Shown here: positions 1 to 10,819 of the stretch, piece by piece | Layout: the number at the start of each line of letters is the position of its first letter | How positions within the stretch are numbered: position 1 is the stretch's first letter | Origin: Nitrospirota bacterium | GTDB lineage: Bacteria; Nitrospirota; Thermodesulfovibrionia; Thermodesulfovibrionales; Dissulfurispiraceae | Length of the DNA: 64,000 bases | Direction of reading: 5' to 3' | Assembly (NCBI GenBank): GCA_963710375.1 | Contig: CAVPZX010000002.1 | Location: 768,001 to 832,000, forward strand | Position numbers and translations under genes: made by a program | Notes under the pieces: generated by a model | Database searches by the model: none | Told to the model about the DNA's origin: nothing | Seen by the model: the letters and a program-made list of their open reading frames with translations, nothing else

Positions 1-405
1 GATATTCATTATATCGTATCGATTTCCCCCAATCTGGTGCTTTTCCCGGTATTTTCAATAAGTTACTTCCAATTGTTCACTTATTTTAGATTATTGTTTG
101 CCGTTTGTCAATTACTACTAAATTTCAGGAGGTTCCAAAATAATTAATGACAGATATAGACATAATAAAGAATAAAAAACCAACGGCCTAGTCACATTGG
201 TAAATTGTCTATTATATCCAGCGAATTATTGGCACTGTTTCCGAGGATGGAGCTTTAGGAAATGGTGAAAAAAATGCGACGAAGAGCACATTGCTAAAGA
301 TTTTACCTAATGTGGGCAATTTGTGAGCATGCTGTTTTGCAGGATCAGCAGTGCGCATTCTCTCTCAGAGAGATTGACTTGCTCTTCCTCTTGCCCTTCC
401 TCTTT

Positions 406-3400
406 CTATTTCTTTTCGTTTATGACGACAGCGTTGATTTGCGCGCCGCTCGTCCCGAGTTTGCTCTCAGCTGCAAGCATGCCCAGGGCAGCGATAACCT
501 TCTTGTCCACCTTTGCCGTCGCTGTGCTGGCCGCTTCATTGGCAGGCTGTATGGTCAGCCCATTCCCGCTCTGGCTAACGCTGTATTCAAGTACGGAGCC
601 GTCAGCACTTGTTACTGAGAAGGTAGCGCTCTTAACTCCCCCGGAAACCGTTACCGGCGCTGCCGCGACTGTTACAGGAGCTGCGGCTGTAGATTGTGTC
701 AGGGACACCGACCCGCTCCCTGTACTGGTGGCAAAGTTACCGATGCTTTTAGTCCCTTCATCTGTTGCCGTATAAATGGTCAATGCTCCTGTTGAGGTTC
801 CGCCTGTATTAGATGCTGCACTTGCAGGTGCAGGCTGTGATGAAGAAGGCGCTGCCGCTACCGTCACGGTCCCTCCCTGGTCAGTAATCGTCATACTACC
901 CAAGTTTACTCCACCCACCGTAAAGCCTACAGGCGCCGCTGTCAGTGCACTTGTACCTGTCGAAACAGGAGAAGCTGCCATAGGAGCTGTTGGAGGCGTG
1001 CCTGCACCCGGCGACGCAGGTGAAGAAGATGCCGCCGGAGCCGTTGACGGTGTACCTGTACCCGGAGATGCCGCAGGAGTGGTTACTGCAGGAGCAGTAC
1101 CCACCGTAATCAATCCTCCGCCAAAGCTGGTCTGGCCCGCTCCGCCCGTGGCACCAGCTGAAGAAGGCGCGGTGGGGCTTGATGTTGTGGTTGTCTGCTG
1201 TGGCGCTGTTTGCGTTGTGGTTATGGCAGTCGTTACTGTCGCAGATGCAACAAGAGAACCTGAATTGGTCACAGGTGCAGAGGTTATGGTCAGCGTGCCG
1301 CCAGCGAAAGTGATCGAATAGTTGCCGCTCTTCAGACCGCCAGGCATGATGCTGTAGCTGCCGGCGTTGGTCGCACCTTGCGACGTGCCGCTAAAACTAA
1401 GCGAGCCGCCCAGCACCGAAGAGGTCTGATTATTCATAAAGCCGCTGTACGTCACACCGTTGCCACCGCTGTAAGCCATGCCGTTGTAAGTCTCTGATGC
1501 GTTATTCGCCGCCACCAACAGCGGTGCAGGGTTGATGGTCAGTGTACCGTTAGCGAAGTTAATCACGTAGTTACCGCTCGTTACGCCCCCAGGTGTGATA
1601 CTATAGCTGCCGGCGTTTGTCGCACCTTGCGAACTACCGCTGAAGGTAAGCGCGCCGCCCAGCACCGAAGCAGTCTGATTATTAACAAAACCGCTGTAGG
1701 TCACGCCGTTGTCACCGCTGTAAGCCAGACCGTTGTACGTCTTTGATGCGTTACTCGCTGTCACTGTCAGCGGTGCAGGTTTGATGGTCAGTGTCCCGCT
1801 AACGAAGGAAACAGCGTAGTTGCTGTTCGTCATTGTCAGCCCACCCGGTATGATGCTGTAACTTCCGGCATTAGTCGCACCTTGCGAAGTGCCGCTGTAC
1901 GTAGGCGAGCCGCCCAGCACCGAAGCGGTCTGATTATTCACAAAGCCGCTGTATGTCACACCGCTGCCACCGCTGAAAGCCAGACCGTTGTAAGTCTGTG
2001 ATGCGTTATTCGCCGTCACTGTCAGAAGCGCAGGGTTGATGGTCAGCGTGCCTCCAGCGAAAGTGATCGAATAGTTGCCGCTCGTCAGACCTCCGGGCAT
2101 AATGCTGTAACTGCCCGTGTTGGCCGCGCCTTGCGAGGTACCGCTGTAGCTAAGCGAGCCGCCCAACACCGAACTGCCCTGACCGCTAACAAAGCCGCTG
2201 TAAGTCACCCCGTTGCCACCGCTGAAAGCCACGCCGCTGTATGTATGTGATCCGTTAATGGCCGTCACTGTCAATGGCGCAGGGTTGATCGTGCTGGTCG
2301 AGTTGCTCACGTCGCTGAGTGTGTAGTCGTTCGGGTTGCTGACAGTTATGCCGCTCACCGTAACCGTCCTGTTGCCGTTCCCGGCATTCGGGTCTGTGAA
2401 GGAGTAGCTGCCGCCGCTCAACGAGGCCCCGTTGTATAGCGTGCCTGATACCACAATAGGCGTTCCTGACGCGCCGGTTGTGCCGTCGTACGTCTTGCTG
2501 ACATTACCGATGCTGACCGTCAGCGGCTCAGGGTTGATGGTCACCGCGCCGGTGCGCGTACCTGTAAAGTCGTAGCCCTGCTGGTCTGAATAGACAGTTA
2601 AGTTGTACGTCCCGGCATCCACTGCGCCCTGAGAATTGCCGTCGTAAAACGTATGCCCGCTTGTGCCGGGAATGACGCTGCTGCCGCCACTGAATCCCTG
2701 CCCGTTGTAGGTTATGCTGCTGCCTACGCTAGTGATGGTCGCAGGGGTCAGGAAACTGCGAAGCAGCGGATAAGTGTCGCCATTATATATCCGCCACGTG
2801 TTGACGGTACCTCCGGTATCATCGATACCCCAGCCGGAGAAATTACTGCTTTGCAACATTTGAGAATTGGTCAGGCCGCTGCCGCCGGCGCTGGTTGCCT
2901 GGCCGGAAGTCGTAGTATCCCAGTAACTCTTCGTTATGCCACCGGGGCTGACATCCTGCCCCACCAGTCCGCCTATCGTGTCGACGACGCCATTGTTGGT
3001 TGTGTTGATCGCGCCCGTGCTGTAAGTATAGTTTATGACGCCGCCCGTGTAATTACTGACGTCGGTACTAAGGTTATACCCCACCAACCCACCCATGACG
3101 TCGCCGCCGCCGCTACGGTTGGTGCTTACCGCACCTGCGCTGTAGGAATTGCTGATGCTGCCAAAATCGTAAGTCTGTCCCACCAGTCCACCTACACCGT
3201 CTAAACCACTACTGCCGCTGGTGCTTACCGCGCCCGTGCTGTAGGAATTACTAATGCTGCTATACGACGACGAAAGATATCCCACCAATCCGCCTACACT
3301 GTCGCCGCCGCTCTTGCTGGTGCTTACAGCGCCTGTGCTGTAAGAATTGCTGATACTGCCAAGGTTCCATCCCACCAGTCCACCTATGTAGTCAAAACCG

Positions 3401-5481
3401 TAATTGCCGCCTGCGCTTACGCCACCTGAGCTGTCGAAACCGCCGCTGCCGGTGACGCTTACCGCACCCGTGCTGTGCGAATAGCTGATTCTGCCGCTGC
3501 TGACGCCGCCGTCATTGACCCCCACCAGACCGCCTATGTTGTATCCGCCGTAATTACCGCTGTCGCCGTTGGCGCTTACCGCACTTGCACTATAGGAACT
3601 GCTTATGCTGCCAATGTTATATCCAGCTAGTCCGCCCACGCCGCCTACTGGAACGTAAGGGTTGGAGCCACCGAAGCTTGTGCTGCTGTCGGTGACGCTT
3701 ACAGAACCTGTGGTGTAGGAATTGCTTATGCTGCCGGTGTTATACCCCACGAGTCCGCCTACCCACCCGCCGTAAGTGCCGCTGCCTCCGGTGGCGCTTA
3801 TAGCCACGTTTGTCAGTCCGACATTTCTAATGGTCCCGCTGCTATCCCCAAACATGCCGATATGACTGGACGTCGAATTGTTAATACTCAGGCCATTAAC
3901 TGTATGCCCGAGACCATCAAAGACGCCGGTAAATGGAGTAGTCCCATCGCCAACAGGCGTAAAAGCACCGCCGGTTATATTGCTGCCCAGGGCATAATGT
4001 CCGGGAATATCCATGGACTGTAGACCAGACAGACTGTTGATAACAGTGTAACCGTTATTGTTGATGGTGAGAGTTCCACTTCCTGAGAAGTCTACCCGCC
4101 CCAGGAATCCGCCGCTGCCCAGACCTACTAAAACTGTGCCGCCGGCTACTGCTCCATCCCCGCCGTTTGCAGTTGATGGGTTAAGTGTCAGCGATGCCGT
4201 GCCTGATGCAGTCATGACAGCGTTTATGTTTATGTTGTCTGCAGCGGTGAGTTTCAGCAGGTTCTGGGTCCATGTCACTGTATCGTTGATATTTATATTG
4301 CCATGGCCGCCGGCAGTGCCGCTGCTGGAGTTGATATCCACCTCGATGTTGCTAGCCAGGTCTGCATCCAGGGTCGCTCCACTCATGTTACCGCCGGTAG
4401 CTGCAATTGTGAAGTCGGCTGGATCGATCAGCCATCTGCCGGACTTCCCATATGGCGCAAAAGTGGTAATGCGGGCACCGTCTGCAATGTTTACGCTTGC
4501 AGCAGAGGTCTCTATGAACCCGCCGTCCCCGCCATTGGGCGCAGATGCATCCAGTGTCCCGCTTACGTTCACAGTCCCGTTCTGCTTATCGCCCATCAGC
4601 ATTATGACGCCGTTTTTATTCTCTATTGTCCGCGCCTGTATCACCCCTTCGTTGTTGACCACAGCGCTCGACAGGCTGTCCGCTGCCTTCGCCGTCATGA
4701 GCACCTGCCCGCCGTCAGCCTCCACCAGGTTCCGGTTATCTATAAGGGCATTCACGGTTCCCTGATTCACTGCATAGTTGATGAGTCCGTCTCCACTAAA
4801 GTCGAGGCTTACCTCGTCTCCTGCTGCCATTGCAACAGTGCCCATCTTTGCGCTGATGATCCCCTGGTTTGTTACCTGGGGCGCAAGCAAGGCTATGTAC
4901 CCGCCCCCGGCTGCGGTCAGAGTGCCCTGATTAACTATGCTGCCTGCGCTGCCTGCATTGTAAAAATTATAATTGCCTTTCATGAAATCGCTGTCATTCA
5001 GACTCAATGTGGATGCAACCAGGCCCCCTACATTCACGCTACCCGACGGCCCGAAAATTATCCCGGCTGGGTTCAACAGAAAGACCTGCCCGTTGGCGGT
5101 CATTGTTCCATAGATGGATGAAGGGTCTACGGATAACACGCGGTTCAAGGCGATGGAAGAACTGTTAGGCTGCGCAAAATTGACCCATGCGTTTTGACCT
5201 ATGTTGAAGGTCTGCCAATTGATCGCGGCATTCTGGCTGGACTGGGTGATGTTCATCTTATTGCCGCTTGTGTTGATGGATGCCGCACCGGCTGACACCT
5301 GCCCGCCTGTGGGAAGCGCGTTAGGCGCAGGGGGCTGCGCGAACGCCGGAACCACCATGCTTAAAATGATAAAGGATGCTACTGAAGACCGCCAGAGGAA
5401 ACGTGCTGTTCGAATCAGTGCAAAATAACATCTTCGCATGATTATTTCGTAGTGTCCATTCAATTCTATAAAAGGTTTCAT
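406..5481 (-). CDS. Filamentous haemagglutinin/TpsA-type large exoprotein (TPS N-terminal domain, GLUG repeats, YDG/MBG repeats, Pro/Ser/Thr/Ala linker)
   Basis: Signal peptide ending VPAFA|QP; TPS motifs AAINWQTFNIG, NGQVFLLNPAG, NGGDGGFIETS and WLIDP; repeated GGLVGxN..ISNSYSTG units; about four 83-85 aa 'LTVTA..TYNG..VTYSGF' repeats. ATG at 5481 follows a G-rich RBS (the ORF track starts at 5499). Confidence 0.9.
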   Translation of the reverse strand: MKPFIELNGHYEIIMRRCYFALIRTARFLWRSSVASFIILSMVVPAFAQPPAPNALPTGGQVSAGAASINTSGNKMNITQSSQNAAINWQTFNIGQNAWVNFAQPNSSSIALNRVLSVDPSSIYGTMTANGQVFLLNPAGIIFGPSGSVNVGGLVASTLSLNDSDFMKGNYNFYNAGSAGSIVNQGTLTAAGGGYIALLAPQVTNQGIISAKMGTVAMAAGDEVSLDFSGDGLINYAVNQGTVNALIDNRNLVEADGGQVLMTAKAADSLSSAVVNNEGVIQARTIENKNGVIMLMGDKQNGTVNVSGTLDASAPNGGDGGFIETSAASVNIADGARITTFAPYGKSGRWLIDPADFTIAATGGNMSGATLDADLASNIEVDINSSSGTAGGHGNININDTVTWTQNLLKLTAADNININAVMTASGTASLTLNPSTANGGDGAVAGGTVLVGLGSGGFLGRVDFSGSGTLTINNNGYTVINSLSGLQSMDIPGHYALGSNITGGAFTPVGDGTTPFTGVFDGLGHTVNGLSINNSTSSHIGMFGDSSGTIRNVGLTNVAISATGGSGTYGGWVGGLVGYNTGSISNSYTTGSVSVTDSSTSFGGSNPYVPVGGVGGLAGYNIGSISSSYSASAVSANGDSGNYGGYNIGGLVGVNDGGVSSGRISYSHSTGAVSVTGSGGFDSSGGVSAGGNYGFDYIGGLVGWNLGSISNSYSTGAVSTSKSGGDSVGGLVGYLSSSYSSISNSYSTGAVSTSGSSGLDGVGGLVGQTYDFGSISNSYSAGAVSTNRSGGGDVMGGLVGYNLSTDVSNYTGGVINYTYSTGAINTTNNGVVDTIGGLVGQDVSPGGITKSYWDTTTSGQATSAGGSGLTNSQMLQSSNFSGWGIDDTGGTVNTWRIYNGDTYPLLRSFLTPATITSVGSSITYNGQGFSGGSSVIPGTSGHTFYDGNSQGAVDAGTYNLTVYSDQQGYDFTGTRTGAVTINPEPLTVSIGNVSKTYDGTTGASGTPIVVSGTLYNGASLSGGSYSFTDPNAGNGNRTVTVSGITVSNPNDYTLSDVSNSTSTINPAPLTVTAINGSHTYSGVAFSGGNGVTYSGFVSGQGSSVLGGSLSYSGTSQGAANTGSYSIMPGGLTSGNYSITFAGGTLTINPALLTVTANNASQTYNGLAFSGGSGVTYSGFVNNQTASVLGGSPTYSGTSQGATNAGSYSIIPGGLTMTNSNYAVSFVSGTLTIKPAPLTVTASNASKTYNGLAYSGDNGVTYSGFVNNQTASVLGGALTFSGSSQGATNAGSYSITPGGVTSGNYVINFANGTLTINPAPLLVAANNASETYNGMAYSGGNGVTYSGFMNNQTSSVLGGSLSFSGTSQGATNAGSYSIMPGGLKSGNYSITFAGGTLTITSAPVTNSGSLVASATVTTAITTTQTAPQQTTTTSSPTAPSSAGATGGAGQTSFGGGLITVGTAPAVTTPAASPGTGTPSTAPAASSSPASPGAGTPPTAPMAASPVSTGTSALTAAPVGFTVGGVNLGSMTITDQGGTVTVAAAPSSSQPAPASAASNTGGTSTGALTIYTATDEGTKSIGNFATSTGSGSVSLTQSTAAAPVTVAAAPVTVSGGVKSATFSVTSADGSVLEYSVSQSGNGLTIQPANEAASTATAKVDKKVIAALGMLAAESKLGTSGAQINAVVINEKK
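1290..2290 (-). repeat. Four tandem ~249-255 bp intragenic repeats (MBG-like domains)
   Basis: cccagcaccgaag...ccgctg recurs at about 1409, 1658 and 1913, with a more diverged copy at about 2162. Boundaries are approximate. Confidence 0.85.
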
Positions 5482-5559
5482 GAAGTTCCCCCCCTTCAAA
5501 AAACTTTACCTGATGCCCCGATCTCTCAAGGCTTCATCTACACTTCTCCCCTTAGATAA

Positions 5560-5588
5560 AGGATAAAACTAATCTTGCTTCTTGTCAA
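5560..5588 (-). promoter_or_regulatory. Sigma70-type promoter for the TpsA-like gene
   Basis: Minus strand reads TTGACA-N17-TATCCT, about 80 bp upstream of the ATG. Confidence 0.6.
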
Positions 5589-5976
5589 TAGAGCGGAAAT
5601 CTTGCTCAGACATCCCTAATACTCAACATATTAAAAGACACATTATCAGCCTGCTGCCTATATATTATTTTAAGGCATCAGGACGATTCTTTGAGTCAGT
5701 CAGAAGCCGATTTTTCTGTAGGCAATAGCCTCAAAAACAGGTCAGCGTATGTCTGACTCGACTTTTGCCCGAAAGTACCATTTATGAGGACGAATTATCA
5801 AACAATACACTATAATACTTTCGGGTAATTGTTTTCTATACTTGGAACCTGTTATAAAATGTCAACAGGTCAAAACTTATGAATAATGTATTATACTATT
5901 ATACATATGAATAGCAAGTTAAAATCTGCGGTTCTCTTAAAGGGGCAGCCTGGTTACAAGTCTTGCCTATACGCAA

Positions 5977-6714
5977 GTGCTCATGTATACAAATGTAGAC
6001 ATATCTATTCACACGGATCAGCCTATGATTGTTGATGATAAAAAACAGATCAGCATAGAATCAGTCGTTAAAGGCATCCCCTTTTTTGCAGGTCTTTCCT
6101 TGGATGAAGTCGAAGAACTGCGGCATGTAATTGTTGACAAGCATTTTTCGAGAAATAATATTATTTTTATCGAAGAAGACACGCAGAGATACATGTATGC
6201 TATTATTTCGGGAAGAGTTAAGGCAGTCCATATCGGCGAGGACGGAAAGGAGCATATTCTTGCCGTTCATAAAGCCGGCGATTGGTTCGGCGAGATGGCC
6301 CTGCTGGATGGGAAAACGGCCCCGGCCACAGTTATAGCCATGGAAGATACGCGCATTCTCATCTTGTCCAGGAAGGTCTTCGAGGAGTACCTTTTGACAA
6401 ATAACAAGATGCTCAAACAAATTATTTCTTTCCTATGTTTAAGGTTAAGAGATGCCTGGATAATGCTTAAAGTGATGAGCCTCTCGCGGTCCGAGGACAG
6501 GATACGTACAGTACTAAAGCTGTTGGGTGTTCAGTACGGGGTGAAGGACGGGAGGGGAACCATCATTAACATAAAACTTACTCATCAGGACATTGCCAAT
6601 TATGCATCTGTTTCACGAGAGACAGTCACGCGCTTTTTGAATAAACTGGCAAAAGATGGAGAAATCGAGATACTTGACAGCAAAAATATCTGCTTGATCC
6701 CCTCTTTTTTTTAA
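5977..6714 (+). CDS. Crp/Fnr family transcriptional regulator (Crp-like)
   Basis: cNMP-binding domain (WFGEMALLDG) and HTH LTHQDIANYASVSRETVTR. No FNR Cys cluster. Start may be ATG 6025. Confidence 0.92.
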   Translation: MLMYTNVDISIHTDQPMIVDDKKQISIESVVKGIPFFAGLSLDEVEELRHVIVDKHFSRNNIIFIEEDTQRYMYAIISGRVKAVHIGEDGKEHILAVHKAGDWFGEMALLDGKTAPATVIAMEDTRILILSRKVFEEYLLTNNKMLKQIISFLCLRLRDAWIMLKVMSLSRSEDRIRTVLKLLGVQYGVKDGRGTIINIKLTHQDIANYASVSRETVTRFLNKLAKDGEIEILDSKNICLIPSFF

Positions 6715-6798
6715 AATCACTTTTTTTGTGATTGCGATGTATGCATCGCCAAAACATCAACATCCTAATATTATCAATTCGTAGATTATTTGCAATTA

Positions 6799-6925
6799 AG
6801 TAATTTTTCCATGGACATTGTAATTAATCCATATTGATACCGTTTAACATTCCTCATAAGTCCTAATAAATAGTCCTAATAAATCAAAAAGATAACAAAT
6901 TATCTAGCATGGCATGATCCTTGCT
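6799..6925 (+). promoter_or_regulatory. Sigma54 promoter cassette, copy 1 (upstream of degP)
   Basis: UAS pair at 6799-6811 and 6819-6831; IHF-like AATCAAAAAGATA at 6882-6894; TGGCATGATCCTTGCT at 6910-6925 (GG-N10-GC). Confidence 0.8.
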
Positions 6926-7057
6926 TTCTTTATCGTTAGATGAAGAGAAGATAAGACATGCAACCACTGAAAAAGATGAGGAAAGAGTGAAGGTAAAAAC
7001 CGGGCATATTATTTTGGTAAAAACATGATTGTTCTGAATCGGCTTAACTCACTTTTT

Positions 7058-7101
7058 TGTGATGTATGTCACATTAGCAGCTCTGCTTTTCAATGTAAAA
7101 T
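7058..7101 (+). promoter_or_regulatory. Consensus CRP box with downstream -10 (class II-like geometry)
   Basis: TGTGA-TGTATG-TCACA at 7058-7073; TAAAAT at 7096-7101, 22 bp downstream. Confidence 0.7.
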
Positions 7102-7123
7102 GAACTCAAGGATGAGAAAAAGA

Positions 7124-8629
7124 ATGAAGTCGATAAGCAAAAAAGGGCTGACGGTGTGGGGATTGAATCAATCAATGGAAATTAATAGGACAACCTCGAT
7201 GCTCTTAGTTACGTGCTTGATCATCGTGGTGGTTTTAAGCCTCGGGGTAGAAGCATACGCCGACATGTCCGTGATATCTCAGGAATCCATTAACGTTCTT
7301 TCCAGGGTAAACCGCGCGAAGGCGGAGATTGCCGCTGTTGTAAAGCCGGCAGTTGTGAGCATATCGGCTACAAAAACCATTAGATCAAGAAAAGCGGCCA
7401 GTTCTTTCGTCAATGATCCGCACTTCAGAAGGTTCTCCGGCTATGGGTCCGGTCCTAATGCGCAGCCAAGACAATGTAATCAGCCAAATCTCGGCTCTGG
7501 TGTTATCGTGGATGCCAACGGTTACATAATGACGAACAACCATGTAATAAAGGATGCGGACGATATAAAAATAAGACTTGATGACAAGAGAGAATTCAAT
7601 GGAAAGGTGGTAGGGACAGACCCGGAAAGTGATCTTGCAGTGATTAAGATTGACACCACGCATCTCCCATTCCTGAAATGGGGAGACTCGGACAAATTGG
7701 AGGTGGGTGCGACTGTATTAGCTGTCGGCGATCCTTATGGTTTAAACCAGACGGTAACTTCAGGGATTGTTTGCGCCACCGGCAGGACCAATGTAGGCAT
7801 AGCAGATTACGAGGATTTCATACAAACCGATGCACCGATAAATCCCGGAAACTCCGGAGGCCCTCTGGTCAATGTCAGGGGTGAACTTGTGGGAATCAAT
7901 ACCGCTATTTTCAGTACAACGGGAGGATACCAGGGAATCGGGTTTGCTATTCCGGCCAGGGTTGCAAAAGTTGTGATGAAAGAGCTCCTCAGTAATGGAA
8001 AGGTCACCAGGGGATGGCTGGGCGTCTCTGTTCAGGCAGTGACCCCTGGACTCGCGAAGCTTTTCGGAATAAGGGACCAGCAAGGCGCTCTCGTGGGGGA
8101 CATCGTAGAAAATAGCCCTGTCGAGAAAGCCGGTATCCGGAGAGGAGATATAATCGTGCAATATGACGGGAAAAAGGTGCTAGACCCGTCAAACCTCAGA
8201 AATATGGTTGCTGATACGCCCCCGAACAAGGAAGTTGTGATACAGCTTCTTCGCGGCGGAAAACCTGAAACCGTGAGTGCTGAGGTTGTTGAGATGCCGG
8301 AAGAGACACAAATGCCGTTGGAAGCGTCTTCCGACACGCAAGCTAGTGTTTTCAGCGGTGAGAAAGTTCAAGGTATCACGCCTGAATTAAGGAAAGAACT
8401 TAATGTTCCGGACCGGATGAACGGGGTGATCGTGACGAATATCGAAGATGGAAGCGCTGCCGATAAGGCCTTGATGAGCAAAGATGTAATACTGGAGATC
8501 AACAGAAAGAAAATAGAGAACATCAATGATTACGAAGCGGCTGTTGCGGAGATCAAAGCGGGTCAGGATGTTCTCTTGATGGTTTACAGGAATAAGTCAA
8601 CATTGTTTGTTGCCTTGACTCCCATATAA
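7124..8629 (+). CDS. degP: DegP/DegQ (HtrA) periplasmic serine protease with two PDZ domains
   Basis: Catalytic motifs TNNHV, SDLAV and NPGNSGG; RGWLGV followed by two PDZ domains; signal peptide. Start is more likely 7124 or 7175 than 7025. Confidence 0.92.
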   Translation: MKSISKKGLTVWGLNQSMEINRTTSMLLVTCLIIVVVLSLGVEAYADMSVISQESINVLSRVNRAKAEIAAVVKPAVVSISATKTIRSRKAASSFVNDPHFRRFSGYGSGPNAQPRQCNQPNLGSGVIVDANGYIMTNNHVIKDADDIKIRLDDKREFNGKVVGTDPESDLAVIKIDTTHLPFLKWGDSDKLEVGATVLAVGDPYGLNQTVTSGIVCATGRTNVGIADYEDFIQTDAPINPGNSGGPLVNVRGELVGINTAIFSTTGGYQGIGFAIPARVAKVVMKELLSNGKVTRGWLGVSVQAVTPGLAKLFGIRDQQGALVGDIVENSPVEKAGIRRGDIIVQYDGKKVLDPSNLRNMVADTPPNKEVVIQLLRGGKPETVSAEVVEMPEETQMPLEASSDTQASVFSGEKVQGITPELRKELNVPDRMNGVIVTNIEDGSAADKALMSKDVILEINRKKIENINDYEAAVAEIKAGQDVLLMVYRNKSTLFVALTPI

Positions 8630-8648
8630 ACAAGAAAAACCGGACAAT

Positions 8649-10661
8649 TCATCTGCCGCCTGCACCTGACATCAGTATCTTGTCACGCAGCCGTTTTATC
8701 TTATCCCTGAGCTCCGCTGCACGCTCGAAATCGAGCTTCTTGGCAGCCTCTCTCATCTCCGATTCCAACTCCTTGACAGCATCCTCGTTCAGAGCGTATT
8801 CCGCTGTCTCTTCGGCAGCAGCAGCAACTGTATAATAGTCGGACTCGTATATCGAACCCAGTATGTCTTTAATCCTGCTTTTTATTGATTCCGGGGTAAT
8901 CTTCATTTTTTTATTGTAATCCCCCTGGAGTTTCCTTCTTCGCTCGGTCTCATCAATGGCCTTCTTCATGGAGCGTGTTATGGTATCGGCATAGAGGAGC
9001 ACCGCTCCATTGATGTTTCGTGCAGCACGGCCCGCAGTCTGGATCAATGAACGCTCGGACCTGAGAAATCCTTCTTTGTCTGCATCGAATATGGCAACAA
9101 GGGAAACCTCCGGAAGGTCCAGACCCTCTCTAAGCAGATTGACACCTATCAGGACATCAAAAACGCCCAGACGGAGGTCCCGCAGAATCTCTATTCTCTG
9201 GAGTGTGTCTATGTCGGAATGAAGATACCTGGCCCGGACACCGATTTCAGTATAATAATCGGTGAGGTCCTCAGCCATTTTCTTCGTGAGCGTGGTCACC
9301 AGCACCCGCTCTCCCTTTGCAACTCTTTTCCGTATCTCTCCCAGCAGGTCGTCAACCTGTCCGCCTGCAGGCCTGACTGTCATTTTAGGATCCATCAGAC
9401 CTGTCGGCCGGATGACCTGTTCTACCACTCTGCCCCCTGACTTGCCGATCTCGTAATTGCTTGGGGTTGCCGATACATATATGGCCTGGTTCATGCGGCG
9501 CTCGAACTCGTCAAACCTAAACGGCCTGTTGTCCAGAGCAGAAGGGAGCCGGAACCCGTAATCCACCAATGTTTGTTTTCTGGAGCGGTCTCCTTCGTAC
9601 ATGCCGCCTATCTGCGGAATAGTTGCATGCGATTCATCTATTATCATCAGGAAATCTCCTTTGGACGGTCCGCTGATCATATAATCGATCAACGTATAAG
9701 GGGGTTCGCCCGGGAGCCTGCCGCTAAGGTGTCTTGAATAGTTTTCAATGCCATGGCAATAGCCGAACTCTCTCAGCATTTCGAGATCGAAACGGGTTCG
9801 CTGCTCAATTCTCTGGGCAAAGCTGATCTCGCCCTCGTTCCTGAAAAACCTTGTACGTTCCTCGAGCTCATTCTCGATGCCTGTGAATGCTTTTTTCAAT
9901 TTTGCTTCAGGTGTTATCCAGTGGCTGTTCGGGTAGAGCGTCAGTTTATGCATCCTGTTTATCCGGTCACCTGTCAGAGTGTCGAACTCGTAAAGCGCTT
10001 CAATATCATCTCCGAAAAAATCTATCCTCACCGCCTTGTCCCGGGAAAATGCCGGATATACTTCAACCATGTCTCCGCGCACCCTGAAATTGCCACGCTT
10101 GAATTCGGCGTCTGACCGGACGTAAAGTATGTCCACAAGCTGCCGTAAAAGGTCATTCCTTTTGATGCTCATGCCCTCTTCAATAAATATGTGCATACTA
10201 AGATAGTCTTCGGGTGAGCCAATGCCGTAAATACATGAGACAGAAGCCACAACGATGACGTCGGTCCTTTCTAGTATTGACATCGTTGCTGAATGCCTGA
10301 GTCTGTCTATATCATCATTGATCATGGAATCTTTTTCTATATAGGTATCTGTGGACGGGATATAAGCTTCAGGCTGGTAATAATCATAGTAGCTTACGAA
10401 AAACTCCACTGCGTTCTCCGGAAACAGCTCTTTGAATTCTCCGTACAGCTGCGCTGCCAACGCCTTATTGTGAGCTATAATAAGAGCCGGTTTGTTGAGA
10501 TTGGCAATAACATGCGCAACAGTAAATGTCTTGCCCGAGCCGGTAACGCCGAGGAGGACCTGATGCCTGAGGTCCTTAATTACCCCTTCGGTCAGCTCAT
10601 CTATCGCCTTCGGCTGGTCTCCTTTGGGAGTGAAGCTCGTCTCTAGTTTAAATTCATCCAT
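8649..10661 (-). CDS. uvrB: Excinuclease ABC subunit B
   Basis: [22 protein letters not shown], and C-terminal UVR motif [11 protein letters not shown]. Confidence 0.98.
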   Translation of the reverse strand: MDEFKLETSFTPKGDQPKAIDELTEGVIKDLRHQVLLGVTGSGKTFTVAHVIANLNKPALIIAHNKALAAQLYGEFKELFPENAVEFFVSYYDYYQPEAYIPSTDTYIEKDSMINDDIDRLRHSATMSILERTDVIVVASVSCIYGIGSPEDYLSMHIFIEEGMSIKRNDLLRQLVDILYVRSDAEFKRGNFRVRGDMVEVYPAFSRDKAVRIDFFGDDIEALYEFDTLTGDRINRMHKLTLYPNSHWITPEAKLKKAFTGIENELEERTRFFRNEGEISFAQRIEQRTRFDLEMLREFGYCHGIENYSRHLSGRLPGEPPYTLIDYMISGPSKGDFLMIIDESHATIPQIGGMYEGDRSRKQTLVDYGFRLPSALDNRPFRFDEFERRMNQAIYVSATPSNYEIGKSGGRVVEQVIRPTGLMDPKMTVRPAGGQVDDLLGEIRKRVAKGERVLVTTLTKKMAEDLTDYYTEIGVRARYLHSDIDTLQRIEILRDLRLGVFDVLIGVNLLREGLDLPEVSLVAIFDADKEGFLRSERSLIQTAGRAARNINGAVLLYADTITRSMKKAIDETERRRKLQGDYNKKMKITPESIKSRIKDILGSIYESDYYTVAAAAEETAEYALNEDAVKELESEMREAAKKLDFERAAELRDKIKRLRDKILMSGAGGR

Positions 10662-10819
10662 GGGTTTATGCTAATATAAGTATACCAGTTGCTTTTGTGC
10701 TTAATGGTTTTACGGCGCATCCGGTAAAGCTGCTGTACATTTATTATAAATGAGTGCGGTATGTTTTCTCTAATACCCCCATGTCGATTACTTGACAGGA
10801 TTGAAGAGAGATTGACTGT

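Noticed and set aside
130..330. Short ORFs after AGGAGG at the left edge
   Set aside because: The ATG-led frame closes after 14 codons and no coherent product could be supported.
310..5428. Long plus-strand ORFs opposite the adhesin, and similar shadow ORFs elsewhere in the track
   Set aside because: Antisense shadows of biased codon usage with no recognisable domains.
5640..5780. Possible c-di-GMP-I riboswitch upstream of the adhesin (GGCAAA on the minus strand)
   Set aside because: No GNRA-capped P2 or GACGCAAAG core, and it lies upstream of the predicted promoter.
5910..5925. AATAGCAAGTTAAAAT, identical to part of the SpCas9 tracrRNA/sgRNA scaffold
   Set aside because: AT-rich 16-mer; the match stops before AAGGCTAGTCC, and there are no cas genes or array in the window. 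Treated as chance.
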